Source: an uncultured Candidatus Rokubacteria bacterium (GTDB lineage Bacteria > Methylomirabilota > Methylomirabilia > Rokubacteriales > CSP1-6). Taken from it: DNA of 64,000 bases. The translations under genes and the position numbers were made by a program. Positions within the stretch are counted from its first letter, which is position 1, and each line of letters begins with the position of its first letter. The notes below the pieces were generated by a model that was given only the letters and a program-made list of their open reading frames with translations, was not told where the DNA came from and did not search any database. Location: the NCBI GenBank assembly GCA_963789955.1, contig CAWBMV010000022.1:1-64000 (forward strand), read 5' to 3'. Positions 43,013 to 52,915 of this stretch are shown here, in pieces.

Positions 43013-44013
43013 TCGTACTTGATGCGAGGGTCGACCGCGGCGTAGAGGACGTCGGTGACCAGATTCACGCCGACGACGATCACGGCGATGAAGAGGCTCA
43101 CGCCCTGCACGATCGCGTAGTCACGGGACTCGATCGACTCGTAGACCCAGAGGCCGATGCCGGGCCAGGAGAAGATCGTCTCGGTGAGGATCGCGCCCGC
43201 GAGCAGGCGGCCGACCTGGAGCCCGATGACCGTGAGCACGGGCAAGAGCGCGTTGCGCAGCGCATGTCTCAAGATCACCGCGCGGCGTGACAGCCCCTTC
43301 GCTTCGGCGGTGCGGATGTACTCCCGCGACAGAACCTCGAGCATGCTGGCGCGGGTCATCCTGGCGATAACGGCCAGCGGGATCGTCGCGAGCGCCAGCG
43401 CCGGGAGTATCAGATGGCGAAGCGCGTCGGCGAGGGAGGCCCAATCCCCTTGCAGCAGCGAGTCGAGAATGACGAAGTTCGTCCACGGAACGAATGACGT
43501 TCCGCTGGCGAGACGGAAGCCGGTCGGCAGGATGCGCAGCTGTACGCCGAAGAACCACGCCAGGACGAGGCCGAGCCAGAAGATCGGCATCGACACGCCG
43601 GTGAGCGCGCCCAGACGCGCGAGGCTGTCGAGCAGCGAGTTGCGCCAGACGGCGGAGGCGACGCCGATCGGGATGCCGCACGCGATCGCCACCACGATCG
43701 CCGCCACCGCCAGCTCGACCGTCGCGGGAAAGCGCCGCAGCAGGTCGCTCGCGACGGGATCGCCGCGAACGATCGACACGCCGAGGTCCCCCTGGAGTGC
43801 CTTGCCGATATAGAGGACGTATTGCTGCCAGATCGGACGATCGAGCCCCAGGCGCGCGCGCACCTCCGCCACCTTCTCGGGGGTCGCCCGCTCGCCGAGC
43901 ATGGTGAGCGCCGGGTCACCGGGAATCAGGTGGATGAAGCTGAAGACGAGGACGGAGACGCCGAGCAGGACCGGAACGATGGTGAGGCTTCGCCGGATGG
44001 CATACCGCCTCAC
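43009..44013 (-). CDS. dppB: Peptide ABC transporter permease (DppB-like)
   Basis: Motifs IPGDPA, GLDRP, YIRTAEAKGL, HALRNA, TETIFSWPG and DPRI. Confidence 0.9.
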   Translation of the reverse strand: MRRYAIRRSLTIVPVLLGVSVLVFSFIHLIPGDPALTMLGERATPEKVAEVRARLGLDRPIWQQYVLYIGKALQGDLGVSIVRGDPVASDLLRRFPATVELAVAAIVVAIACGIPIGVASAVWRNSLLDSLARLGALTGVSMPIFWLGLVLAWFFGVQLRILPTGFRLASGTSFVPWTNFVILDSLLQGDWASLADALRHLILPALALATIPLAVIARMTRASMLEVLSREYIRTAEAKGLSRRAVILRHALRNALLPVLTVIGLQVGRLLAGAILTETIFSWPGIGLWVYESIESRDYAIVQGVSLFIAVIVVGVNLVTDVLYAAVDPRIKYE

Positions 44014-44028
44014 CGCGCCGACTCCGCG

Positions 44029-45630
44029 CTACTGCATCTCGACGGTGTTGAAGTACTCCGAGCCCGTCGGGTGCGGCACGTAGCCCTTCACGCGCTTCGC
44101 GAACGCGAGGGGCGGCTGATTGTTGGCGATGAAGAGCCGCCCCGCGTCGTCGCGCAGCAGCTGCTCGGCCTGCCGGTAGAGCTTCGCGCGCTCCGACTGC
44201 TGCGTGAGCTTCTGGGCGCGCAGGAGCACGTCGGCCAGCGGCTTGTTGGTGTAGAAGCCCTCGCGCGCGACACCGGGCTGGCAGAAGAAGTAGCAGAGGA
44301 AGTTATCGGGATCGCCGTTGTCGCCGGTCCAGCCGAGCATGTAGAGCGGCATCTGCCCGTTCTTGCGCTTGTCGAGATAGACCGCCCACTCGATCGTCTG
44401 CAGCTGCGTCTTGATCCCGACCTTGGCGAGATCGGCCGCCATCGCCTCGGCGATCTCCTTCGGGCTCGGGAAGTACGGCCGCGAGCGCGACATGTACCAG
44501 AAGACCAGCGGCTCCTTCTTGCCGTCCTCCCACGTGATGTCCGACAGGCCTTGCGATTGCCCGGCCTCACGGAGCAGCGCCTGCGCCCGGCTCGGGCTGT
44601 ACTCGTAATCCTTCAGCTCGCGGTTGTAGCCCCAGAGCGCCGGCGGCTGGAACTGGCTGGCCACGAGCCCGGTGCCGCCGTAGAGGGCGTCGACGATCCC
44701 GCGCTTGTTGATGGCGTGGGCGAAGGCCTGGCGCACGCGCTTGTCCTGGAACTCCTTCACCTTGTAGTTGAAGGCGATGTAGCCCGTCGTGTTCGTCGGG
44801 CGCAGCAGCAGCTGAAGATTCGGGTCGCTCTTGACCACGCCGACGTCGTCGGGATTGAGTCCCTCCATGCCGTGGATCTCACCGGCCTTGAGCGCGCCCA
44901 GGCGCTGGGAATTGTCCTTGATGTTGCGCACGACGAGACGCTTGATCTTGGGCGCCTGACCCCAGTATTCGGGGTTCGCCTCGAGGACGACTTCCTGGTT
45001 CGGCTTCCACTCGACGAACTTGTAGGCTCCGGTGCCCGCCGGATGCTTGCCGAACTCGGTGCCCCAGCGCTCCACGGCCTTGGGGCTCGCGATGTCGAAC
45101 ACGAACATCGCGAGATTCGCGAGGAAGGGTGCCTGCGGCTCCTTGAGCGTGATGCGCACGGTGTGCGTGCCGACGGCCTCGACGGCGCTGACGACCGACT
45201 TGTCGTCGAAGCCGGCGAACTGCGCCTCCCAGTACTCGAAGGTCTGGCCCGCTTTCACCTGGTTGTCGTGCTGGGGATGAGCGGCCTTCCACCAGCGTTC
45301 GAAGTTCCACACGACCGCGGCGGCGTCGAACGGCGTGCCGTCGTGGAACTTCACCGATTTGCGAAGCTGGAACGTCCACACCTTGCCGTCGCGTGAGACC
45401 TCCCATTTTTCGGCCAGCGCCGGCTCCACCTCGGTGGTGGCGCCCCGGTACTTCACGAGCCCGTCGAAGATCTGGCGGGTGAGACGCGAGGAGATCCCGT
45501 CGGTGATGATCGCCGGATCGAGCTGGACCGGCTCGCCCTGCGCCCCGAAGACGAACGTCTGCGCCGAGGCCGGGGCCACGGCGCCGAGAAGAGCCGCGGC
45601 GGCCAGGTACGTCAGCGTGAGAAGGCGCAT
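44029..45630 (-). CDS. dppA: Peptide ABC transporter substrate-binding protein (family 5, DppA-like)
   Basis: ATG 45630 follows GGAGG. Signal peptide; motifs PALAEKW, VKFHDGTPF, GTGAYKF, RVRQA and GWTGDNGDPDNF. Confidence 0.88.
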   Translation of the reverse strand: MRLLTLTYLAAAALLGAVAPASAQTFVFGAQGEPVQLDPAIITDGISSRLTRQIFDGLVKYRGATTEVEPALAEKWEVSRDGKVWTFQLRKSVKFHDGTPFDAAAVVWNFERWWKAAHPQHDNQVKAGQTFEYWEAQFAGFDDKSVVSAVEAVGTHTVRITLKEPQAPFLANLAMFVFDIASPKAVERWGTEFGKHPAGTGAYKFVEWKPNQEVVLEANPEYWGQAPKIKRLVVRNIKDNSQRLGALKAGEIHGMEGLNPDDVGVVKSDPNLQLLLRPTNTTGYIAFNYKVKEFQDKRVRQAFAHAINKRGIVDALYGGTGLVASQFQPPALWGYNRELKDYEYSPSRAQALLREAGQSQGLSDITWEDGKKEPLVFWYMSRSRPYFPSPKEIAEAMAADLAKVGIKTQLQTIEWAVYLDKRKNGQMPLYMLGWTGDNGDPDNFLCYFFCQPGVAREGFYTNKPLADVLLRAQKLTQQSERAKLYRQAEQLLRDDAGRLFIANNQPPLAFAKRVKGYVPHPTGSEYFNTVEMQ

Positions 45631-45736
45631 GGGGATGAACCTCCTTGATCCACGGCGCGGTGCGCGGCGCCGTGGGCGGGCCCCATTATCGCAGGTTGGC
45701 TCGAAGCACGAAAAGCGTTGTATGGTCGGTCCGCCC

Positions 45737-46867
45737 ATGAGCGATCCGTCTGACACTCGCCGGTACCTCGAGAACTGGCAGGACGAAGTCGACAGCGCGT
45801 CGGAGTATCGCGCGATGGCGGCCAGCGAATCCGATCCCCGCCTGGCCAAGGTGTACGCGAACCTGGCCGCGATGGAAGAAGGCCACATCGGCTTCTGGGA
45901 AGACCGCCTGCGACGCGCCGGCGCGACCGTGCCGCCGCGGCGCGCCTCGTGGCGCAGTCGAGTGCTGGCGGCCGTCGCGCGGCGTCTCGGCCCCGATCTG
46001 GTGCTGGCCACCATCGCGGCGAAGGAAACCGTCGACCAGAACGGCTACGTCAAGCAGCCCGAGACCGCCGGCACCGCGATGCCGGGCCACGAGCGCTGGC
46101 ATGCGAGAGTCCTGCGCCAGCTCGTGGCGACGCAGCCGCGCGGCCTGCAGGGCAGCTTCCTCGGCCGTCTCGAAGGCCGGCATCGATCGGTCGGCGGCAA
46201 CGCGCTGCGCGCGGCCGTCCTCGGCGCCAACGACGGGCTCTGCTCGAATCTGAGCCTGGTGATGGGCGTGGCCGGCGCCGCGATCGACAGCCACGGCATT
46301 CTCGTCACCGGCCTGGCGGGGCTGCTGGCGGGCGCGGGTTCGATGGCGCTCGGCGAGTGGGTGTCGGTGACGAGCTCGCGCGAGCTCGCGCAGCGCGAGA
46401 TTCGCATCGAGGCGAGCGAGCTGCGCGAGGATCCCGAGGGCGAAGGCGAGGAGCTGAGGCTGATCTACGAGGCCAAAGGGTTGAGTCCGAGCGAGGCCGA
46501 GACGATGGCCCGTCGCCTCCTCGCCGATCGCACGACCGCCCTCGATGCGCTCGCCCGCGAGGAGCTCGGCATCGACCCGAAGGATCTCGGCGGCTCGGCG
46601 TGGGAAGCGGCGGTGGCCTCGTTCGCGCTGTTTGCGCTCGGCGCCATCGTGCCGATCCTGCCGTTCCTCGTCTTGCGCGGGACGCTCGCGGTCGCGTCGA
46701 GCGCCGTCGTGAGCGCGCTGGCCCTCTTCGGGCTGGGCGCCGCCATCACGGTGTTCACGGGGGCCTCCGCGTGGCGGGCGGGGGGCCGTCAGCTCTTGCT
46801 CGGATTGGCGGCGGCCGGCTTGACGTTCGGCGTCGGCCGGCTGATCGGGATCGCGCTCGCCGGCTGA
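45737..46867 (+). CDS. VIT1/CCC1 transporter with an N-terminal rubrerythrin/ferritin-like domain
   Basis: E..Y and EEGH / HERWH di-iron-type motifs, followed by LRAAVLGANDG, SMALGEWVSV and REELGI. Confidence 0.9.
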   Translation: MSDPSDTRRYLENWQDEVDSASEYRAMAASESDPRLAKVYANLAAMEEGHIGFWEDRLRRAGATVPPRRASWRSRVLAAVARRLGPDLVLATIAAKETVDQNGYVKQPETAGTAMPGHERWHARVLRQLVATQPRGLQGSFLGRLEGRHRSVGGNALRAAVLGANDGLCSNLSLVMGVAGAAIDSHGILVTGLAGLLAGAGSMALGEWVSVTSSRELAQREIRIEASELREDPEGEGEELRLIYEAKGLSPSEAETMARRLLADRTTALDALAREELGIDPKDLGGSAWEAAVASFALFALGAIVPILPFLVLRGTLAVASSAVVSALALFGLGAAITVFTGASAWRAGGRQLLLGLAAAGLTFGVGRLIGIALAG

Positions 46868-47541
46868 TGAATCGCGCGCATCGATTCAAGGCGGTCATCT
46901 TCGACGCCTACGGCACGTTGCTCCGGAACGACGACCTGGCGCTGATCCCGAAGCAGATCGTGGCCGACCACGGATTGTCCGCGCCGGTCGACGACGTCTG
47001 GCGCGCGTGGTCGGAGCTCTACTTCGAGGCGACCCAGATCGTGCCGTTCCGCACGCTCCGCGAGATCGAGACGCACAACCTGACGCGCGTGCTGCGACAG
47101 TTCGCCGTCGGCGCGGACGCGGCGAAGTACGTGGAGCTCTTCTTTCAGGTGACGACGAAGATCGAGCTGTACCCGGAGACGCGCGAGGTGCTGAGCGCGC
47201 TGACGCCCGTCCGCTCCGCCATCGTCTCGAACGCCGACCAGGAGCACGTCGCGGCGTGGGACTTCACCTTGCCGGTGGAGTTCATCCTGATCTCCGAGAC
47301 GGTGCGCGCCTACAAGCCGCATCGGCTCGTGTTCGAGCGCGCGCTCCAGCAGCTGGGCCTCGCTCCCCACGAAGTGCTGCACGTCGGGGACAGCGAGGTG
47401 GACGACGTCAAGGGCGCGAAGGAGGCGGGGCTGAGCGTCGCGTGGGTCAACCGCGACGGGCGCCGCCGCCGCGCGGACGTCCCGGCGCCCGACTTCGAGA
47501 TTCGCGATCTCCGTCAGCTGACGCCGCTGCTGCGCTGCTAG
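46867..47541 (+). CDS. HAD-superfamily hydrolase
   Basis: TGATG overlap with the upstream gene. Motifs FDAYGTL, VSN, YKP and HVGDSEVDDV.GA. Confidence 0.9.
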   Translation: MNRAHRFKAVIFDAYGTLLRNDDLALIPKQIVADHGLSAPVDDVWRAWSELYFEATQIVPFRTLREIETHNLTRVLRQFAVGADAAKYVELFFQVTTKIELYPETREVLSALTPVRSAIVSNADQEHVAAWDFTLPVEFILISETVRAYKPHRLVFERALQQLGLAPHEVLHVGDSEVDDVKGAKEAGLSVAWVNRDGRRRRADVPAPDFEIRDLRQLTPLLRC

Positions 47542-47841
47542 CCTCTCGAAGCCGCTGGTAGTCGGCGTTGCCCGATGCGATCTGGAGTGTATCGATCCAT
47601 ATATGGGATAGAGGGGCTCGTATGAAGCTCAACGGCCTCGGACGTCATGGTAGGACGCGACGTAGCTCGCGGGCAAGCCAAACCGCCGGGGGCTAGCGTG
47701 ATCGATCGGCCTGCGCACGTTGCTGCCGCTCGGTCGGACAAGCGGAGAACCGCCGTTGACACTGGCTGCGGCTCGGCCACATTCCGCTACGAGCGGCGCG
47801 CGGGCGCGCTCGGGACGATCTCGCGCGGCAGGAGGGTCTCC

Positions 47842-48630
47842 ATGCCCGTGTCTTTCGAGCAGCGCGGCGCGATCGGTATCGTCACCCTGAGTCGTCCAGA
47901 GGCGCGCAACGCGTGGGGCGCCGACTTCAACGAGGGCCTCGCGCGCCACTTCGCCGCCATGGAGGACGACGACGCGATCCGCTGCGCGATCCTCACGGGT
48001 GACGACGCGGGCGGCGCCTTCTCGGCCGGCGCCAATCTCAAGGATCCCCGCACGCACACGATGGAGTCGGCCGCCGACTTCATCAAGAGCATCTCGAAGC
48101 GACGCGGCCGCGCCTTCGAGGTCCTGGGGAGCTTTCCCAAGCCGATCGTCGGCGCCGTCAACGGCTTTGCCGTGGGCATCGGCTGCATCGTGACCTTCTG
48201 CTGCGATCTGCTGGTGGCCTCCGAGCGCGCGGAATGGCGGCTGCCGCAGGTGACGCTCGGCATCCTTCCCGCGTACGGCGGCAGCACGCGGCTCGCGCGC
48301 TGGGTGGGACGGGGCAACGCGATGCGCCTGGCCATGGGCTTTCCGCTGACGGCGCAGGAGGCGCAGCGCATCGGGCTCGCGCAGTGGGTGGTTCCGCACG
48401 GCAAGCTGATGGACCAGGCGATGGAAGTCGCCGGCCACATCGCGTCCTTGCCGCCGCTCGCCGCGCGTCTCACGAAGGAATCGCTCCTGACGGGGCTCGA
48501 CATCCCCAACCTGTCGGATGCCTCGCTCGTGGATCTGTATCGTTTTGCGACGCTCGAGCTGACCGAGGACAAGGCCGAAGGACACAAGGCCTGGCGCGAG
48601 AAGCGCAAGCCCGCGTTCCGCGGACGCTAG
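47842..48630 (+). CDS. Enoyl-CoA hydratase/isomerase family protein
   Basis: ATG follows GGAGG. Motifs TLSRPEARNA, AFSAGANL, KPIVGAVNGFAVG and EKRKP.F.G. Confidence 0.9.
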   Translation: MPVSFEQRGAIGIVTLSRPEARNAWGADFNEGLARHFAAMEDDDAIRCAILTGDDAGGAFSAGANLKDPRTHTMESAADFIKSISKRRGRAFEVLGSFPKPIVGAVNGFAVGIGCIVTFCCDLLVASERAEWRLPQVTLGILPAYGGSTRLARWVGRGNAMRLAMGFPLTAQEAQRIGLAQWVVPHGKLMDQAMEVAGHIASLPPLAARLTKESLLTGLDIPNLSDASLVDLYRFATLELTEDKAEGHKAWREKRKPAFRGR

Positions 48631-48643
48631 CTTCGAGGACGCC

Positions 48644-49465
48644 ATGACCTTGCGCGAGCGCATCGGTGTCGACCTGGGCGGCCGCCGGCGTCTGGAGGAC
48701 GGCCTCGCCTGGGCCGCTGCCAACGACGTCCACTACGTCGACATGTGTCTCGAGGGCGCGCCGGAGCATCCCAACGCCCCCGCCACGTGGACGGCCGAGC
48801 GCACGGCGGCGATGCGCGCCACCTGCGAGCGGCACCGCATCCGACTCGGGCTGCATTCGTCCTCCGCCGTCAACGTCGCCGAGACCTCGCCGCTCCTGGC
48901 CGAGGCGGCCGACCGATACCTCGAGACGTACATCGAGCTCGCGGGGCGTCTCGGCGCCGGCTGGATCGTCGTCCACGGCGGCTATCATTTCACCGGCGAC
49001 TACGCCGCGCGCCGCGCCGCGAGCCTCGAGCGTCTGCAACGCGCCGCCGCGCTCGCCGAGCGCGGCGGCGCGCGTCTCTTGCTCGAGAACCTCAATCGAG
49101 AGCCGGAGCACGCCGAGATCCGCTACCTCGCCCACAACCTCGAGGAGTGCCGCGAATACTTCGGCCGCATCCAGTCGCCGAGCCTCGGGTGGGCGTTCAC
49201 GGTGAACCACGCGCATCTCGTCCCGGAAGGCGTCGGCGGTTTCCTCGACGCGATGGATCTCGGCCGATGCGGCGAGGTGCGGGTGGCCGACAGCCACGGA
49301 CGCTACGAGGAGCACCTGCGCCCCGGCGAGGGCTCGATCGACTTCACGCAGATGTTCGCCCGCATCGAGGGCGGGGGATACCGCGGCCACTACATGATGG
49401 CGTTCGGCTCCCTGGACGACATGCTGAAGGGACGCGAGACGCTCGTGCGGGCCGCCGGCGCCTGA
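48644..49465 (+). CDS. Sugar phosphate isomerase/epimerase (xylose isomerase-like TIM barrel)
   Basis: Motifs LH, VVHGG, LLEN and EEHL.PGEGSIDF. Confidence 0.8.
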   Translation: MTLRERIGVDLGGRRRLEDGLAWAAANDVHYVDMCLEGAPEHPNAPATWTAERTAAMRATCERHRIRLGLHSSSAVNVAETSPLLAEAADRYLETYIELAGRLGAGWIVVHGGYHFTGDYAARRAASLERLQRAAALAERGGARLLLENLNREPEHAEIRYLAHNLEECREYFGRIQSPSLGWAFTVNHAHLVPEGVGGFLDAMDLGRCGEVRVADSHGRYEEHLRPGEGSIDFTQMFARIEGGGYRGHYMMAFGSLDDMLKGRETLVRAAGA

Positions 49466-49473
49466 TCAAAGAT

Positions 49474-50145
49474 CTAGATCGCGCCCGCGGCGATGTTGAC
49501 GGTGAGCGCGAGCAGTGCCGCGTTGAACAGAAACGACACGATGCCGTGGGCGGTCGCGGTCCGACGGATGAGCTTGCTGGTGATCGCCACGTCGGACACC
49601 TGCGACGTCATGCCGATCACGAACGAGAAGTAGACGAAGTCCAGGTAGTCGGGATGCGGATCGTCGCCCGGAAAGCTCATGCCGCGCCCGGCGGTCTCGT
49701 CGTAGAACTCGTGCGCGTAGTGCAGCGCGAACATCGTGTGGATGAACGCCCACGACAGGAGAATCGTCGACGCGGCCAGGATGAGATGGCTCCGCGGCCG
49801 CTCGGCGCCGGCCGCCGACATGCCGAGCTCGGCGAAGATCGCCGCCAGGCTCGCCAGCGCCGCCGCCACCGTGCACGTCAGAATCGTCAGCTGTCCGTCG
49901 TCCTGTCGGGCGGCATTGCGGCGGATGCGGCGGATATCGGAGGTCGCGCACACGTGGAACGCGAGCACGAGGTAGAGCGCGACCGCGATGTCCCAGCCGG
50001 TGAGCAGACGAGTCACGAACCGCCAGTCCGTCACGAACGCCGTCACGATGATCACCACGAGGCCGACGCCGGTCGCGACGAACAGGCGCGGGCGAGCGCT
50101 CACGACCCGGAACAGGAGCGGCATGCGGGACTGCCGAGGACTCAC
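49474..50145 (-). CDS. DUF1345 family membrane protein
   Basis: Motifs GWD, A.QDD, FALHYAHEFY and PDYLDFVYFSFVIGMTSQVSDV. Confidence 0.88.
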   Translation of the reverse strand: MSPRQSRMPLLFRVVSARPRLFVATGVGLVVIIVTAFVTDWRFVTRLLTGWDIAVALYLVLAFHVCATSDIRRIRRNAARQDDGQLTILTCTVAAALASLAAIFAELGMSAAGAERPRSHLILAASTILLSWAFIHTMFALHYAHEFYDETAGRGMSFPGDDPHPDYLDFVYFSFVIGMTSQVSDVAITSKLIRRTATAHGIVSFLFNAALLALTVNIAAGAI

Positions 50146-50224
50146 GGCGCGAACATATCATCAACCCCCGCGTCGGGCCGCACGATGCTGGCCTAGACCG
50201 TGAAGGTTTGGTAGGGTCCGAGAC

Positions 50225-51322
50225 GTGGAGTCGAGGCCCGAGCCGCGATTCGATTGGTTCATTCCCATCGACGGAGACGGCGCGCACATCGGAACGTGGC
50301 GCGCCGAGCGGCCGCCGACGTTCGACTACCTGCGCCAGGTCGTGGAGACGGCCGAGGCCGAAGGATTCTACTCGCTCCTGATCCCGACGCGGTTCGCGAA
50401 CGGGCTCTTCGGCGAGACGGCGCCGCTGGCGGAGACGTGGACGACGGTGACGGCGCTGGCGGCGGTCACCCGCCGCATCCGGTTCCTGGTGGCGATCCGG
50501 CCGGGATTCATCTCGACCGGCTTGTTCGCCCAGATGGCGGCGGCGCTCGATCAGATCAGCGGCGGGCGGCTCGACATCAACGTGGTGCCCGGCGGGATCC
50601 AGGGTGACTTCGAGCGGCTCGGCGTCACGATCGACCACGACAAGCGTTACGAGCAGGGCGAAGAGTTCATCGCCGCCTTGCGCGCGCTCTGGGCGAAGCC
50701 GGAGCCCGTGGTGTTCGAGGGGAGCACGGTGCGGCTGAAGGGCGCGGTCGTGTCGCCCGGACCGGTGGCGGGCGCACCGAGGTTCTACGTCGGCGGCGCC
50801 TCGCCGCGGGCGCTCGAATTCGCGGCGGCCGGCGCCGAAGTGTACCTGGCGTGGATCCAGCCGCTCGACGAGATCGCCAAGCTGCTGGACCGTGTGCGGT
50901 CGGCGTACGGCGCCAGGGGCCGCCGCCCGGTGTTCGGGCTGCGCACGCACCTGGTCGTGCGCGCGACCGAGGCTCAGGCCTGGGAAGCGGCCGAGGAGCT
51001 GATGTCGCGGGTCGACGAGCGGGTGGTGGCGCAGCGGCAGGCCGCGTTCGCCGGGACCCCGATGGTGGGCCAGCAGGCGCAGCTCCGCGCCGAGCTCCGC
51101 GAGCGGTCACCGCGCCTCTGGAACGGGATCTCGAAGGTGCGCGTCAATCTCGGGACGGCGATCGTCGGCGACCCCAAGCAGGTGACGGAGGAGCTCGCCG
51201 CGTACTGGCGCCTGGGCATCGACGAGTTCATCCTGTCGGGGTTCCCCCACGTCGAGGAATGCCGGCGAGTGGCGTCGGAGGTGCTGCCGGGCCTCCGCGC
51301 GGCGATCGAGCGGGAGCGTTGA
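50225..51322 (+). CDS. LLM-class flavin-dependent monooxygenase, alkanesulfonate monooxygenase (SsuD)-like
   Basis: Motifs WFIP..GDG, GFYSLLIPT, FLVAIRPG, DQISGGRL.IN.V.G, GTAIVG.P and GIDEFILSG.PH.EE. Confidence 0.85.
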   Translation: MESRPEPRFDWFIPIDGDGAHIGTWRAERPPTFDYLRQVVETAEAEGFYSLLIPTRFANGLFGETAPLAETWTTVTALAAVTRRIRFLVAIRPGFISTGLFAQMAAALDQISGGRLDINVVPGGIQGDFERLGVTIDHDKRYEQGEEFIAALRALWAKPEPVVFEGSTVRLKGAVVSPGPVAGAPRFYVGGASPRALEFAAAGAEVYLAWIQPLDEIAKLLDRVRSAYGARGRRPVFGLRTHLVVRATEAQAWEAAEELMSRVDERVVAQRQAAFAGTPMVGQQAQLRAELRERSPRLWNGISKVRVNLGTAIVGDPKQVTEELAAYWRLGIDEFILSGFPHVEECRRVASEVLPGLRAAIERER

Positions 51323-51323
51323 G

Positions 51324-51851
51324 ATGATCACCGACATCGAATCCTATCTGCGCTTCTTCGACAGCGTCCGGCGGCGAACCGAGCGCGACATCGCCGCGCT
51401 TCCGGCGGCCGCCGCAACGTGGCAGCCGCCCGCGGCGAGCGGCGAGGCGGGCTGGGGCATCGGCCAGCTCGTGGGCCACATCGGGGCCACTCGTCTTTAC
51501 TTCGCCAGCGCCTACCGCGGCGAAGGCTGGATCCTGGCGGAGCCCGACATCGATCGCGCGAGCCAGCGCACGTGGGTGCCGTGGCTCGAGGCGTCGGCCG
51601 ACCGATTCGTCACCCTGCTTCGCGATACGCCGGCGGAATGGCTCTCGCGGCGGATCGAGATGATCGACACGCCCGGCACGCTTCCGGGATGGCGCCTTCT
51701 GATGATGATGCTCGAGCACGAGGTGCACCATCGTTCGCAGATCGACACCTACGCCGGCCTCCTGGGCTGGCCGGTGCCTCAGATCTTCGAGCGAACGTTC
51801 GAGAGCATCGCCGCGCTTCAACCCGAGCAGCGCGCTCGTCACCCGCGCTGA
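51324..51851 (+). CDS. DinB family protein
   Basis: Metal-binding His pattern IGQLVGHI and EHEVHHRSQI..Y. Confidence 0.85.
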   Translation: MITDIESYLRFFDSVRRRTERDIAALPAAAATWQPPAASGEAGWGIGQLVGHIGATRLYFASAYRGEGWILAEPDIDRASQRTWVPWLEASADRFVTLLRDTPAEWLSRRIEMIDTPGTLPGWRLLMMMLEHEVHHRSQIDTYAGLLGWPVPQIFERTFESIAALQPEQRARHPR

Positions 51852-51981
51852 CCTTCGCGTCCAGATTCGCGCCGGCGTGGACGCGGCGGGCGACCTTCGC
51901 TAGACTGGACGGCGCGATGAGAACGTTCCGCCCCGCCATGACTGCCGTGGCGCCGGCGACGTCACTGAAGGAGAGCTCGCG

Positions 51982-52915
51982 ATGACGACCACGGCGTCCG
52001 GGGCGAAGGCAGCGTTCGCGGCCGACTACGACGCGCCGATTCCCTATATGCAGCGGACGCGCGACTACTATCAGGTCCTCGGCTTCAACGCCGTATCGCT
52101 GGGCCCACTTCGTCGAGGTTCCGTTCACGCCGCTGCGGATGCCCCTCGACCGGGCGCGGGTCGCGTTGATCACGACGGCGGCACCGTTTCAGCCGGGCGT
52201 GGGCGATCAGGGCCCGGGGGCGGCGTACAACGCGGCGGCCAAGTTCTATCAGGTCTACTCGATTGCGGCCGACACCGTGCCCGATCTCCGGATCTCGCAC
52301 GTCGGCTACGACCGACTGCACACGACGGCGGCGGACATCAATACGTACCTGCCGCTGGCGCAGATGAAGGCAGCGGCCGCCGCGGGACGGTTCGGCTCGC
52401 TGGCGCCGCGGCTTCACGGAGCGCCGACGAACCGGAGCCACCGGGTGACGATCGAGACCGACACCCCGGAGCTCTTGCGGCGCTGTCGCGAGGACGGAGT
52501 CGACGCCGCCGTCCTCGTCCCGAGCTGACCCGTGTGTCACCAGACCGTGAGTCTGGCGGCGCGGTACCTGGAGGAGAACGGGATCTCCACGGTGATCATG
52601 GGGTGCGCCAAGGACATCGTCGAGTACTGCGGCGTGCCGCGGTTCCTCTTCAGCGATTTCCCGCTGGGCAATTCGGCCGGCCGGCCGTTCGACCGCGAGT
52701 CCCAGGCGCAGACGCTCGAGCTCGCGCTGCGAGTCCTCGAGAGCGCGCCGGGCGCACGCACGACGGTGCAGTCGCCGCTCCGCTGGAGCGAGGACGCCTC
52801 CTGGAAGTGCGACTATCTCGACCTGACGAAGCTCTCCCCTGACAAGATCGCCGAGCGCAAGAAGGAGTTCGACGAGGTGAAATCGATCGCGCGGGCGAAG
52901 CGCGAGGCTTCATGA
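51982..52915 (+). CDS. Glycine/sarcosine/betaine reductase selenoprotein B (GrdB/PrdB)-like protein with UxxC; UGA 52526-52528; frameshift near 52090
   Basis: PIPYMQRTRDYY, then RWAHF..PFTPL..PL..ARVALITTA, DGVDAAVLVPS-UGA-PVCHQTVSLAARYLEENGISTV, VPR and DFPLG. The ORFs on each side of the UGA share one frame. Confidence 0.85.
52526..52556 (+). promoter_or_regulatory. Candidate SECIS element of the GrdB-like gene
   Basis: UGA, 11 nt, then stem CCAGAC (52540-52545) / loop CGTGA / GTCTGG (52551-52556). Confidence 0.7.
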
